In this document: positions 36,170-49,188 of the stretch, in pieces | Numbering within the stretch: the stretch's first letter is position 1 | Layout of the letters: each line of letters starts with the position of its first letter | Assembly: GCA_026914245.1 (NCBI GenBank) | Contig: CP110439.1 | Span: forward strand, 5,084,001-5,148,000 | Reading direction: 5' to 3' | DNA from: Puccinia triticina | Lineage: Eukaryota | Length of the DNA stretch: 64,000 nucleotides | The notes under the pieces: model-generated | Databases searched by the model: none | Seen by the model: the letters and a program-made list of their open reading frames with translations, nothing else | Told to the model about the DNA's origin: nothing | Translations under genes and position numbers: made by a program

Positions 36170-37050
36170 CCCTCCCTGAAGGCCCCCTATTTCACTTGAG
36201 TAGGCCCCTTCTTGATTTGAAAAAACAAAAACTCTAATCTTAAACAAAATTTTAAAATTTTCATACAAAACAAAAAATATGACCACAATCAAAACATACA
36301 AAGAAGTAAAGTAAAATAAATTGAAAAAAAAAACAAAGATTTACACTTAAACAAAACAACTGAGATCTAAACTCAAACAAAAAAACAAAATTAAAAAACA
36401 CAAGTATCAAACTTAATTTTTTTTCGGACTTACTTTGCGCACTGCAAAAAGCTCTTCGCGCACTGTGTTGGAATTTCGCTTGTTCTCACTCTCCCTCTTC
36501 TTGATCTTCTCTCTCCTCCCTGTCACAAACATGTCACCTTTTCTTGTTTTTCTGACATGCATGTGCTCTTTTTTCTTCTCATTCATTATGATTAGATCTG
36601 CGCCCACAAGTTAACCATATTGTATGTAGTCTACTTAAAACCACTAGACTCCAAGAAATCAAGTCATCAGTTCTGACCAAAGCTGTTCCTCAAGTTGGCA
36701 CTTTAGCCCCACCTTGTGTCTCCCTGCTTAGGCACTTAAGCCCCTGAGAGTGAGTAATACGGTCCTTTTTGGACTCATTGTCTGCTATCGGCTAAGCCAA
36801 CTTTTTCCCTTTCCCCTCCGCCTCGCTTGCTTCCGGTCGTAATTCCTTCACACTGTGCAGTCCGTGAAGTTTGCAAACACTTTGTGCACTGCGCATGAAG
36901 GGCGCAACTTTTTCAAACTATTTCTTGAACAATCAATAGACAAGCTTATTGTCCTCTGTGAATTTACTTGGAGTTTTTTGAAGCTTCTCTGTATGCTCAA
37001 AAATCCACCAAGAAAAAGAACAAGTACAGTCATTTGGGGACCTGGAATCC
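36170..37050 (-). repeat. Family A repeat joined to the 21230-type module, interrupted by a solo LTR
   Basis: 36170-36410 matches 3445-3720; 36425-37040 is the reverse complement of 21230-21465. Confidence 0.65.
36466..36850. mobile_element. Solo LTR (385 bp) with 5-bp TSD CACTG
   Basis: CACTG|TGTTGGAATT ... AATTCCTTCA|CACTG; the host-repeat copy near 21412 lacks the insertion. Confidence 0.85.
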
Positions 37051-37238
37051 ATATTCCCACCAGCCAAAAAATCCAAGAGGCCAAGGCGGCTTCGCCGCTG
37101 CAAATTCAATGGCCATCCCGCCACTTTCAATTACCCAACCCTTGACAGGCTAGCCATATTAGACAGGCAAAAATGATTTTAAATCTGGCTAAGTAGACTG
37201 TTTTGAAGCATCTCCCATTCCCTGCTAAGGAACACATT

Positions 37239-37419
37239 TATGGTTTTCAAAGTTGGTTTGCATAATTTTATGCATGCATAAATCATAAAATCATAAAATC
37301 TTTCTTGCAGGGGATATGACTGTCTGATGATGTAATAGAAATTTTCCTCACCAACATATTTTTATGATTTTATGATTTATGCATGCATAAAATCATGCAA
37401 ACCAACTTTGAACACCATA
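37239..37419. mobile_element. ~180-bp MITE, copy 3
   Basis: Near-identical to 6908-7088. Confidence 0.85.
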
Positions 37420-39179
37420 ATTGCATCCCATGCATGTAACAAATCTATATTTCTCATTCAAATCAATTCCATGCAAAAAATTGGACTGCACTAGTCTTTA
37501 ATTAATCTGAACTAGTGGAGACGCTTTGTAGCTTTAACACTGCACTGATGTTGCTACTACAGAGTGACAAGCTGCCTGGGTTTTTAAACATGTTAAACCT
37601 GCATCCTTAACTCTGGGACACACAGGGACACCATGCCAGTGCTATGGGTCAGACAGACAATATCAGATCCTCTAAGTACAAGTACCCATCAGCATCAGCT
37701 TTGGAAGGCCCGTCGACTCTCCAGTCAGGCGCGGCTCCTGACTTAAAAGGGTAGAAGGAAGACAGATTTGGGAGCGACTCACCTGCATCTAGATCCAGTG
37801 AGTAGGTAGCAGAGTGCTGCAGTACGGCTGCCCATAGGCTTAGCTGTTACCAGCCATTTGGAAAGTTCAGTGATACAGCTAGCCAATACCTGGGCTAGTA
37901 TATGCCAAGTTTTGTTACAAAACAAATGTGAGACCCTCATCGTCTCCTCGCAAAACAAATACTCGTAACATGCAAGGCAGAAGATAGCACAATTGACAAA
38001 CTGTAAGCCGGGCGGGGCTGCAGGGACCTCCTGGCGGTTGCTGGTCCTTATTGAGATGGCCTCGCAAGGGGAACGACTTCCTGTTTATGGCAGTCGCGTT
38101 GTTGTCTGTAAGCACCGGGACGTTCCCTAGGTTGAGGTCACCACGGCATCAACATCTTCCTCCAATTCCTTTGATACAATGCACTATTACTGTTCAATTC
38201 CAATAAAGTTTGAGATAATCCGACATGACATCTATCAAGGTTGTGATGCTCCACCCAGACGCCATAGGCCAGCCAAAGCTCTTCAATCAGTATTTGGACT
38301 CCTTGTTGCCCTGGCGTGTTCATCGACAGCAATCACAGTGGTCTTAAATCCAAGTTTTTATCCATAACTTCCCGTTTTTCCGCTGATTCCGACATGAAAA
38401 CAAAGGCAAAATATGCTTAGCCATCTGTGGACACAACCTCTCTCTGGAAGGGAATTCACCATCCCCCCAAACTAACCTGAAATTCCAGGAGTCTCTTCCG
38501 AGGATGACGTCAACACGTGGCAGCCGGAGCTTGGCGTCCCCCACCGCAACAATGAGCCCTTGAGACAAATTCGTCAAACCGTTGACCCGTACAAAACTTT
38601 TGTCAATTGATGGAGAGGGACCACGAGGCGATGGAGATATCCGGTTGGGCAAAAGTAGAATGAGAGTTGATGTTGTGAGGGTGGTTGGTGCAAGCAATTA
38701 GTGTGAAACACTTGTTGGGCAGAGTCCAACAAGGCTTACGGTTGCTTGGGGTTATTGGGAGTTTATGGGAGTTAGGAACGGTGGATGTTGTCTGGAGCCC
38801 AAGCAGTAGGAAGAGTTGCGTGAGCGTCGAATCGGGCCGCAAAGCATGGGAGTAGAAGTCAAAGGATCCTTGAAGTGGGACCCTAGAGATGTGGTGATTT
38901 TCATGATGCAACATGGAGAGGCGGTAGGAGGAGTTCCGTCAGCGTTGAGTCGGGCCGCGAAGAATGGGATTAGATGTCAAAGAATACTTGAACACAGACC
39001 CTAGAAATGTGGTAACTGTCACTATGGGAGATGGAGCCCCTACGAACTTGTGGTGAGTGTATGGGTGAAAGGTTGTTGTGAAGGGCAAAGACAAGGTGTG
39101 GTTCTTGGTGTGGAAATGGAGGTGAGTTGATGAGGCAAGTCGAAATGGTATCTTTCTTGTGTGGCTTTGACCTGGTGTG

Positions 39180-39450
39180 AATATAAATAAGACCCAATTG
39201 CTCTGGGTTGAATCCCCAGGGGTTCCGGTTTTGTCCTGGCCCCTCCCTGCAGGCCCCCTACTTCGCTTGGATAGGCCCCTGCTTGAGACAAAAAAATGCT
39301 GGCCCTTTTTTGCTTGTTGCACTGTCACAAGCTGGGGGGCCTATCCATGGCACATTGTGTTTGGGGATAATCCATTCAACAGTAGCCTTTAAGGGCTGCA
39401 CGCCAAAACTTAGACCTTTTTTGCTACGTTTTTGTAAAAAACTTGGTTGA
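39180..39450 (-). repeat. Dispersed repeat family A copy
   Basis: CCCCAGGGGTTCCGGTTTTGTCC...CCCCTCCCTGCAGGCCCCCTA; tail shared with 48890-49155. Confidence 0.6.
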
Positions 39451-41658
39451 TAAAATTCATGTCAATAATGTTGGTGTTTATCTTGGACTTTTAAACCTGA
39501 TATTCCAGTCTGGAATCTTTACTTCAGGGTTCCAGTCCTCACAACTCCTAATAAAATATAGCAATGTGAAGAATATCCTGTGGGATAAAAAAGTATGTGA
39601 GAAAGAAATCCAAACAAGATATATTTAATCCAAAATTGGCCAGCTTTCCAAATTATCCTCAAAAGAATTGAGCTTGTATTTAATTGAAACATTTAATCCC
39701 TGTGAGTTGGCTGAAATCAACCCCTGCCTTCTCATCATCATGTAGGCAGTGAGGTTCTAGTGTAAAGTTTTTATTTTCATGTAAATGGCCAGGATATTTC
39801 ATGTATAATGTGGTCTTGAATCCATGTACAGGGTCTCTGAGAGGTGCGCAGATCCGCGGTACGTCTTCATGCTCCTTGTTTGGAAGTTACTGGCGCGCAG
39901 CAGAAGGGGCTAAGGTCCATGTTAGGCGCCCCTCCCCTAAACCCCCGGCTAGGGTCGCTCCCAGAACCTGGGTACCAGTGTAGCCGGAACTAAGCTCCAC
40001 GATACGCGCACTCACGACGAAGGCGGTTCTACGCGACAAGGCCTCGGATCGAGTACCGCGGAAGACCGAGCCTCGCACCAGAGGACCGACCTTAGGGATA
40101 CCCATAGGCGCTCCAAGGTCCCTAGGGCTCGACAGGTGAGTATTTAAAGCCGTCGACTCGGCCAGCGGCTTCCAACTCACCACTCTCACTCATCCAGTCC
40201 TTTCCATCCCTGAGCGCGTATCGCTAATCGTCAGAAATCTTTTTCGACCTCCCACCCTCCCTTCAGAAGGAAACAAGGGGAGGACATGCTCCTCCGTCAG
40301 GAGGAGAATGAAACAAGCACCCCAGAGGGCCTATTAGGGGGGCTTACATTAGGCCCTCCTCAAGAAGCCTCCGGCCAGGCGCTCAAGCTGTCTCGCGGAG
40401 GAATGGCCACTCGCCGCCTGACGCGCTACGCGTGCGCAGGCGCGCTGGGCAAGTCGCTATGGGTAACCCATGCCTTCGCTCAGCCTTGGGGGGCCGCCTC
40501 GCGCAGTCGACCCACACATCGGGTGGCCTGGAGCAACTCGCAGCAATGCGACGCTCGGGTCACCCTAGGAGGACAAGCTCGGGGAACCCCCTGAAAGCTT
40601 GGTACTCCGAAACATGTACAGCTACGGGCGCCGCCCTCATGGACTTGCTGAAAATGCGGAGGGCGCAACGCGCAGCGCCAAGTGGCTTCGTTTCGGGCTC
40701 GCGCGCGTTGTTTTGCATGGGGGCAGTCGCGCGGGGGGTCTAGTGCCTTCAAAGTTGAGGCTTACATCGGCAGGTGCGGGCGCGGGCCTAGGAGCAGGTT
40801 CGGGCTCGAGTTGTTCGGCCCTGGTGGGTCTCAGCCGGCACCGACTACAGTGTGCTCGGCCTCCCTTCTGCCGAACAACGATACACCCTCAAATACACCT
40901 CGCCATCAATCACGATCAACCTCGCAGTATGAGTATGGTCTCGCTCTTCGTAAGTAAATATGTATATGCTTTCTTTAAGGTTTAATTAATTCGTCTGCAG
41001 TCCTTTTGCTATCGGCCTGACTGAATCAAGTGCTCCTTTTCTCCTTTTTATACATGTATGTACTATGTTTAAACAGTCTTATTGGGTCTTGGTAGGTGTA
41101 CAGGTCGCTGAAGAAGCTTCGATCAGGTATGTAAGCAGACCGTACAACATACAGGTACCGTTCGACTGTCATCGTGCCAATCGAAGGTCCTTCGGCATAC
41201 CACTTGCGCTGGCATCACTACAAGCAAAAAAAGAAAACTCGATCTGCATGCTCGTGAGTCCTGTGAGCTTCAGGTTTGTTTGAAAGCTAAAGAACAGGAC
41301 TGATTCATGTTATTTTATCGCGACGGGTGTTTAGTAGGTCGGAACGTTGAAAACCGGGGATGTAGAGTCTCGATACAGAGGGGTTTGCTCGGCGCGCATC
41401 GGTTGCCAGTAAGCGTCCAATTCTTCTCTAATCTTCTTAATTTGAAGATCCAAGCGGTGCTCTGTTGCCTGTACTGATATTAAGGTTTGATTTGTATCGG
41501 CTGCCCAGGGAGTGCTGACCTCCGATCGGATCTCGATCTGCGCAGCTTGGTCTTGATCGCGGCCGCCCGGTCAGAGTATTTAAGGAGCAGGTTTGTCCCG
41601 CCACTCAGCTCTTTCCCTCAGCGAACCACCTCGCTCTCATCACTACGAGCTGAACAAC

Positions 41659-42408
41659 ATGGCTCATCAGTCCGTTATCTCGATATCTTCTGACAGCGCT
41701 AGTTCGAACGACAGTGTAGAGATCCCATCTTCTCCACTTTCGCCTCTCTCATCCCCATCCTCGTCCGACTCTTTGCCATCTGAATCTAGTCCTTCGCCGC
41801 AGTACTCCCTCCCTGATTATGAAGAAGAAGCACCTGAAAATATTGATAATGAATCACCCCGATCGGAATGCACTCTGGAACGCCAGATCTTTGGGGGCAA
41901 CTCTCCTGTCTACCTTCCGATCATGGCTGCCAACAAAGGTTCTGTAGGAAGCAACGAAGGGATCCCACTCTCCCACATGATCTACTTGTTGGGCAACGAG
42001 TCAGGTGTTGAAGATACCGATGAAGAGATGTCAGAGGATCGAGGGTCAATCCTGATGGATATCGATGCAAACCATCGCACACTTCTTTATCAAACATCAC
42101 ATATGAGCAGGTATTGACTTGATTCACGCTTATTAACATTATTCTTTTTTAATTTGTGATTTATAGTCGAAGACATTCCGGTCACACCCGATGCGCCAAG
42201 GATGCAATTCTGTCCTGAGCCTCTGCTTCCAATGGATCCAATCAACGCGTTTGGACAAGCGTTCAATCGTCTTTGCCAGGTCCTTACTCAATTTCTTGCG
42301 ACTTTCCCGGTTGGACATCCAGACTTCAAAGCTGTGCACGAGATTGATGAGGCTCTTGCTTTTGCAGGTGACTGGTTATGGGTCTTTTATGGACACGGGG
42401 CAGGCTAA
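41659..42408 (+). other. Possible small Ser/acidic-rich hypothetical gene, perhaps frameshifted
   Basis: TATA-like TATTTAAG near 41577, ACAACATG start, intron-like 42111-42165, CpG retained; exon phases do not join cleanly. Confidence 0.35.
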
Positions 42409-42424
42409 ATGGACTCAATCATTT

Positions 42425-45400
42425 TGCCTTCTGCACTCCAAAAAGTGAGTGCATGATCTATGCACTCCAGCCTAATTGGAGTGCATGGATATGTACCCCC
42501 ATTGTTATAGAGTGCCACATCACAAACACCAATCCTGGTGGAGTGCAGAGTGTGGCACTCAAGTCCCACCAAATCTCCAGCAGTGCACCAATGGGACACT
42601 CAATAACATTTGGAGTATCCTGGATCTGCACTCCATTTCCAATATTTTGGCTACATGTACAGGGAGTGCATGACTTGGTACTCCCAAGTAACCCCACCAA
42701 TATTCCACCAAGTCCTCAACCCACTGGCAGCCAGCCATCCACGCCATCACTGCACTCAACCCCTTGTTGGAAAGCACTCTGAACAGTGACTGCACTCAAC
42801 CATACTCAACTTGGAAAGTCAATTGCACTCCATCACATTGAATATGTCAATTAACCCAAACAACTGAAACCAAAACACTGGTACTCCCACCACTGGCATC
42901 ACGGTATTGCCTGAGGTATGGTTGCAAATGCAAAAAATACTGTCTACGTTTCCACATACCGTAATTGCACCTGCCCCCGCCGCGCCTCCATTGGTTCAAC
43001 CTTTGCCACCATCTGATGCTCCACCAGATTCCACTTCAATTGCTCCCTCTGAGTTGGCGCCTTGCTTATTATCTCCACCAATTGGTAATCCAAACAACAC
43101 TGAAAATTGTCTTCCAAACACTAACAAATTGATTAAAGATGCTCCAAACGGTAACAACTTGGTCAATGAGGATCCAAATAGCATCATTTTGTCTCCAAAC
43201 GGTAATGAATTGGTCAACAAGACTCCTACCGGTATCAATCTTTCTCTGAACAATACCAAACTGGTTGATATGGCTCCGAGAGGTATCAATCTGTCTCCAA
43301 ACAATAGTGAATTGATCCAGACAGCTCCAAGCGGTATTGATGTGTCTCCAACCAGTAATGAATTGGTCAAGACAGCTCCAAACGGTAATGACTATGTCAA
43401 GGCGGCTCCAAACAACAACAAGTTGGTCAAGTCAGCTCCTGAATTGATTACCAATCTCAAATATTACAACTATACAACTGGTGGCGGGTTTTTCAGTTTT
43501 TACTGCTATTTTTGATCAATCTGAAGTGCTTATTACCTGTATTTGATTGGGCTGATGTTTCAGAACCCCTGGCTCCACCCCCTGAGCATCATTTTAATGC
43601 AATGGACAAATTGTTTTCCTTCTGTCAAACCAGGGCAAAACATCACGGATACGCGCTCTGTAAGTCAAACTCCCACCCTGGGAAAAACATCTACATCTCC
43701 TGTGATTGTTTGGGTGGATTTCATGAAACTTGATTGAATACAGCAGGACGCCAAACAGCCTGCAGGAAGATAAACTGCCCCTTCAATCTCAAGGGCTTGG
43801 TACCCACCAGGAAAGATCTTAACGGCAAACCTTGGCTGTTGGAGGTACGCCATGGCAAGCACAACCATGATACATCCCCCGGACCTTCAGCCCACTCTGC
43901 CCACCAAAAAGTCCTCCCTGAGCAGCTCAAGGAGATTTGGAAGCTTTTGCAATCAAATCTCAAGCCTGCGCAGATACTCTTACAACTCCAAACGTCAGAT
44001 AATGAAACATATGCTACTAACAAGACGGTTACAAACGCCTTACAGAAGATCCTCCTTGAAGAGTTGGCTGGTAGATCACCAACTGAAGCCTTATTGTCTG
44101 TCCTCAAAGAGTCAAACTGGACATGGGACCTCAAGGTGGACAATAAAGGCTCTATTGAATTTTTTTTTTTTGCCCACCATTCACCTTGCTTGCATCAACC
44201 ATCATGTTGCCCTGTTAGATTTGACATGTAAGACAAATTGCTACAACCTCCCTTTGCTCCATATCATTGGCCAGGCCGCATCAAATCGTTCTTTCTCTAT
44301 TGCCTTCTGCCTTTTACGCTATGAAGACAAAGGAAATTACCTTTGGGCTGTGAATAATCTCCTGAAATACGTGTGGCACCCCTCACAGATTCCAAAGGTA
44401 TTCATCGTAGATTGGGACAACACTTTACGGAACACATTGCATGAAGTTTTCCCCAATTTGCAAGCAAATATTTGTACTTGGCACATCAACAAAAACATAA
44501 CTACTAATTGCAAGAAGCACTTCCTAGCCAAAAAAAAAATTCAAGTCCGAAGAAACCAAACCCAATGATTCCTGGGAAAAATTCATGTCTCTGTGGCAGC
44601 TAGTAAGGTACCCTAAGACAATCAATCTCTACGATGAACGTATTGATACATTGAAGAAATTTCTTCTGACTCGACCGGCCGTTTGGGACTACCTCAAACA
44701 AAATATAATTCCAGTCAAAGATTTATTTGTTGTTGCTCGGGCTTGCCAGCACCCTCACCTCTGAAACCTCAACACATCAAGAGTTGAATCTGGTCACACA
44801 TATCTTAAGACATTTGTAACAAATTCATTGGGTGATCTACTTACAGTCTTTAAAACTTTATCTCTCATGGTCAATTCTCAGATTAACCACGTTCACATGA
44901 CAATTGGACAAGATACCATTAAAACCCTTGTCCACATTCCTAAGTGTTTCATCCCCCTCCTTGGTAAGATATTGTCATTTGCAATCAAGGAGTGTCTCAT
45001 TCAGTATGACAAAATCGGGAAGCTTAATCCAACTGAGCCGTGTCCAAAAACATTTTTGATTGGGATTGGTATCCCCTGCGCGCATACACTTGTGGAACTA
45101 TTGAAGATCAGAGATTTGTTGTCGCCAGGCGATTTTCATAAGCAGTGGCAATTGAAGTATAGCCCTGAAATCACGGTAAGAAATCAGTTTGTTTCCAATA
45201 GACAAGGCAGTCACTTCAAATTTCTGATCAATAAACTCTGCTTCTATTTGGAGACAAGCGATTCAGAAACGTTTGACTTGGATGATGAGATCAAGAAGCT
45301 AACAGTAGCCCTCTCTCAAGAAAAGCCGACAAAATTGGTTAATCTACTTGAGCAAATCAATCAGATTGCCGCAGGAACGCATGTTGCAGTACCAATTCAA

Positions 45401-45815
45401 GCTCCCGAAGTGAAAATGAAATGCAAAGGGAGGCCGTTGCTGAAGCGTTCAAAATCAACCAAACAAAATGCATTGGCATTTGAGATCGTTGAGGCAAAGC
45501 TCAAAAAAGATCAATTGGCCAGTAAGGGGGCCCTCAACGCTCCACAAAGACAATCGAAGATAATCAAAAGTAACAATCGTGAAAAGAACTACTCCAAAGC
45601 CCAAAAATTTGATTTGGAAACTGATTCAGAAGCCCAAAAAAGCGACTGTGAAGATGAACGTTCTGAAGGCAATTGATCCAAATCTGAGGACAATAGAACT
45701 TCAGGATCGGGCAAAAGCGGATTGGAGAATGAAGATGAAATCAAAGGCAAAGGTGAATGTTCCAATGGTGATTCTCAAGACGCGGAGGAGGTTGATTCCA
45801 AGGTATTTTGTTCTC
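42425..45815 (+). mobile_element. Degenerate MULE (Mutator/FAR1-type) transposon
   Basis: FAR1-like CPF...HNH; transposase core LLDLTCKTNCYNLPLL...VFIVDWDNTLRN...VFP...CTWHINKN; TSRVESGH; GIPCAH; frameshifts; CACTCC/GGAGTG repeats at 42430-42835; PNxNELVKTA-type coding repeats at 43080-43450. Confidence 0.85.
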
Positions 45816-45827
45816 TCATACTGCAGA

Positions 45828-46996
45828 CAAGGGTGCAACCGCTGCGCTGCGCTAAAAAAAGCGGCCTTTTAGCGCAGCGCAGCGGTCTATCGCTACATCC
45901 CCAGGCCAACTAGCGGTAGCGCCACCCCTAACCGCTGACGCTAACGCTATATTTAGCGCGTGAGTGCTAATCCCCACAGCTGTTAGCGGTAGCGCAGCGC
46001 CAAAAAAGGCGCTAAAAGCTAATAAATAGCGCAGCGCAGCGGAAATCCGCTACATGTGCGCTAACCGCTATACTTAGCGTTAGCTAGTGCTTAATCATTG
46101 CAGCACTCGCTAATCTCCTGCCACGTTGCAGGTATGCTGCAGCCGCAGCACCCATAAATTCCGCCAAAACACATTGACTGTTTGTTTCCGCTCATTGCCG
46201 GACATATATATAAAATTTAGTTACCAACATACTATTACGAACAAACATCATGGCTGGATCAGTAGAAATTGTCTCTGGCTCCGATATAGAAACACCCTCT
46301 ACTCCGCCCAATACAACCAGCAGTTTGAATAACCCGCCGCCGTCCACCCGCCGTGAATCTAGTCGTCTCCGTACCCCAAGCAGCCGACCCGGCTTTGTAC
46401 AAACTCAAAGTATGTTCCACAGGTAGAGCGGGATTGGCAATCCGTACCATTGAGCGCTGTATCAGTAGCCACATGTGGCTACGTAATGGCGTCAAGATGG
46501 GCGGAGATTTCTCAGATTGCCAAGCGTTGATTGATCAGGCACACACCAACCCCAAATTCAAAAAGTACAAAGGTAAAACTAGAAAATCAACCAAATCAAC
46601 TAAGGCTGCATCTAAGTAGCCCCCTCTTCGACAAATTTCCTTTTATTCTCTTGATTCCTATCCGTTTTAACTTCTGCTATTTTCATTTCTCCTCGTCTCC
46701 TCCCTTTTTTTCACTGGGTTTTTTTTGTACCCCACTTGTATTCTGATTAGTGGTTTGTAGGCGCTGCGCTACCGCTTTTTTTAGCGGATTTGCGCTGCGC
46801 TACCGCTAAAAACAGCGCCTCGCCGCTAATTGTTGCGCTGATTAGCGCGCTGAAATCAAGTATTTTTCCCCAGTGACTTTCAGCAGCGCTTAGCGCAGCG
46901 GCCCAAGCGCTGCACATAGCGCAGCGCAGCGAACAGAGAAAACCGCTGCGCTGCGCGCTGCGCTACGCTTTCCGTAGCGCAGCGGTTGCACCCTTG
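45828..46996 (+). mobile_element. Internally deleted hAT transposon with 7-bp TSD
   Basis: CTGCAGA|CAAGGGTGCAACCGCTGCGCT ... AGCGCAGCGGTTGCACCCTTG|CTGCAGA; TATA plus ATG at 46250; hAT dimerisation-domain tail VCSTGRAGLAIRTIERCISSHMWL. Confidence 0.85.
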
Positions 46997-47079
46997 CTGC
47001 AGACTACAAAGAAGCCTGAAATCAGGAATCTTTCTTATTTCTTTTTTAGGAAATATCCAAGTTTATTAAAGCCAGTGAA

Positions 47080-47515
47080 TCACAAAACAAAAATTCAAGG
47101 GTTTCCCCTACAAATCTCCAAAAATCTCAAAACAAAAGAAAAGGGTTTCCCCTCTACAACTTTTGGAAAAAAAACATGAAGGGTTTTCCCTATCCAAATG
47201 CCAAAATTAACAAAAAATCACAATATTACAAAAACCAAAAATAGGGCAATAATCTGCACTCAGCCACCTAACATCAGCAAGCTGATGCACCGTGGCCCAC
47301 CATCCATCCCTGTCTAGCAGGGTTAAAAAATGGTGAGAGGATGACCCCCAGAACGCCGCATTGAAGGCATTATGCAAAGGGGGGCCAACAAGTTTAGCCC
47401 CTCAAACTGTGCAAGTGCAACAGCGGAGGGGGTGAGGACAAACCACATGCTGGAATTGCAGCAGCAGAGGATGCCCTGGGGATTAGTCGAACCCCAGGAC
47501 CTCCTATTTATACAC
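47080..47515 (+). repeat. Dispersed repeat family B copy
   Basis: Closely matches 61650-62060 (CATCCCTGTCTAGCAGGGTTAAAAAA...GTGCAACAG). Confidence 0.75.
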
Positions 47516-48889
47516 ACCTGCCAACTCACAACATACAAGCAGCTCAACCACATCCCATGACAACAAAAAGCCACCACCACGCCACTGCCCTAGATACCAA
47601 CTGTGCGGCCCTGACTACAAAGGTGCATGATTCTTGCCATCACTGCAGCCCTGTTGCCCAGCCAACAGTCTCCCAATCCATGTTCCAAAAATTGACGGGG
47701 GTTCTGCTCAACTATCTTCCAAAGAAGGTGTTACACTGCCAGATTCAGCTTGACACCTTGTGCGTCCCACCTCTTCCCCTTCATCAAAATAGAAGAGACA
47801 ACACTGATTCAGGCCCAAGAAGCTGATCTTGCATGGGTCCAAGGGTGTGTGGTCAATGATGCCGCCGTTCAGGGTGCTGAGCTACAAAATTGAGTTACAT
47901 ATGTCAAGTGCTCAAGACCACCTCTAGCGTGCTGCACTCTATTCTCATCAGCACCCACCTGTAAGGGTCCGGTGGACCCTCACTGAAGATGAGAGAAAAA
48001 GGCATGTGGAGCGGCGGAGGCCAGAGTTTCTAGTTCCAATCTGTATTGCAAAGCTAGTCGGGAGAGAATATTTCTGCAGCTCTGGGGACAAGGATGGCAA
48101 AAGCGGCGGCCTGGTCGGGAAAGATGGGCGGGCCTTTGTGTGCCAACGAGGGAAGTGCTGGGCAGGCACCAGCTGCTTGGCGCAAATGCCGGCCAGAGGG
48201 GGACGGCGGCGATGGTGGAGGGTATGGGCTTGAGCTTCTTGGGTTCCTTAGGTTCTGCCTGGCTTGTCGAAATGCTTGGGTTGCCAGTCGCATTGTTAGG
48301 TTGTGCTGGCGGTTGGTGGGTGGGTGGGGAGGGAGTGTTTTGCAGGAACTGAAAGGAATAAAAAACAACTTCAAGGGCTGTGATGGTGGTGTTGGTTGTT
48401 GTGAAGATGATGATGAGTTTGAACTCCAGTCAATGGTGAGGTTGGGAGTCTATAGGTACATATTACCTGCATGTAGGTGAGATTGAGCGGGCATTGAAAA
48501 CACAAAGTTGGCGCAAAGTTCGGACCAAGGGAAAGAGCGATGTGGTGGCGGCCTTAGTTGCCAAGGCATGGCGGATTGTATACACCAAAGATTGAGGCTG
48601 CTGGCAGATGTTGAACCGTGTACAAAGACCGCGTATCTATGGATTTATTTTTATGGCCAAAGCGCTGGGTGCATCAGCCTAGTTGCGGGGGGTGAAATGG
48701 GGCCAGCAGGGCAGAACATACAGCGGTTGTGTGTGTAGGGCTTTCAGTTACACCTGGATTGGGCGTGAGAAGAATGGTGACGGTAGCGGTGGCAAACAGT
48801 AAAAATCAAGGCGGTGGCAACGTGCACTACAGTCTTTGGCGGCAAGTGGTGGGTGGAATTGGTGAGCATCAAAAGTGCTGAGTGGGTAT

Positions 48890-49155
48890 TTAAGGGAGGG
48901 AGTCAAAGCTATTTGTCCCAGGGGATCCGGTTTCGTCCTACCCCCTCCCTGGGAGCCCCCTAACTGCTTGGTTAGGCCCTACCTGGACACCTTTAACAAC
49001 CGGCCCACTTTTGCTTGTTGCTATGGCACAGCTGGAGGGTCATCCATAGGGCCTTTGGGTCTTTGGGGATTTTCAACTTGTGCCGTTATTTAACTTCTGT
49101 GTGCGCTATTTTTTGTTGTAAATTTGTAAAAAAACACCCCAAAACTTAGATCCAG
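48890..49155 (-). repeat. Dispersed repeat family A copy
   Basis: CCCAGGGGATCCGGTTTCGTCC...CCCCTCCCTGGGAGCCCCCTA. Confidence 0.6.
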
Positions 49156-49188
49156 AGGTCTAGGATTTTGTGGATTTAAGAAAGTGGG

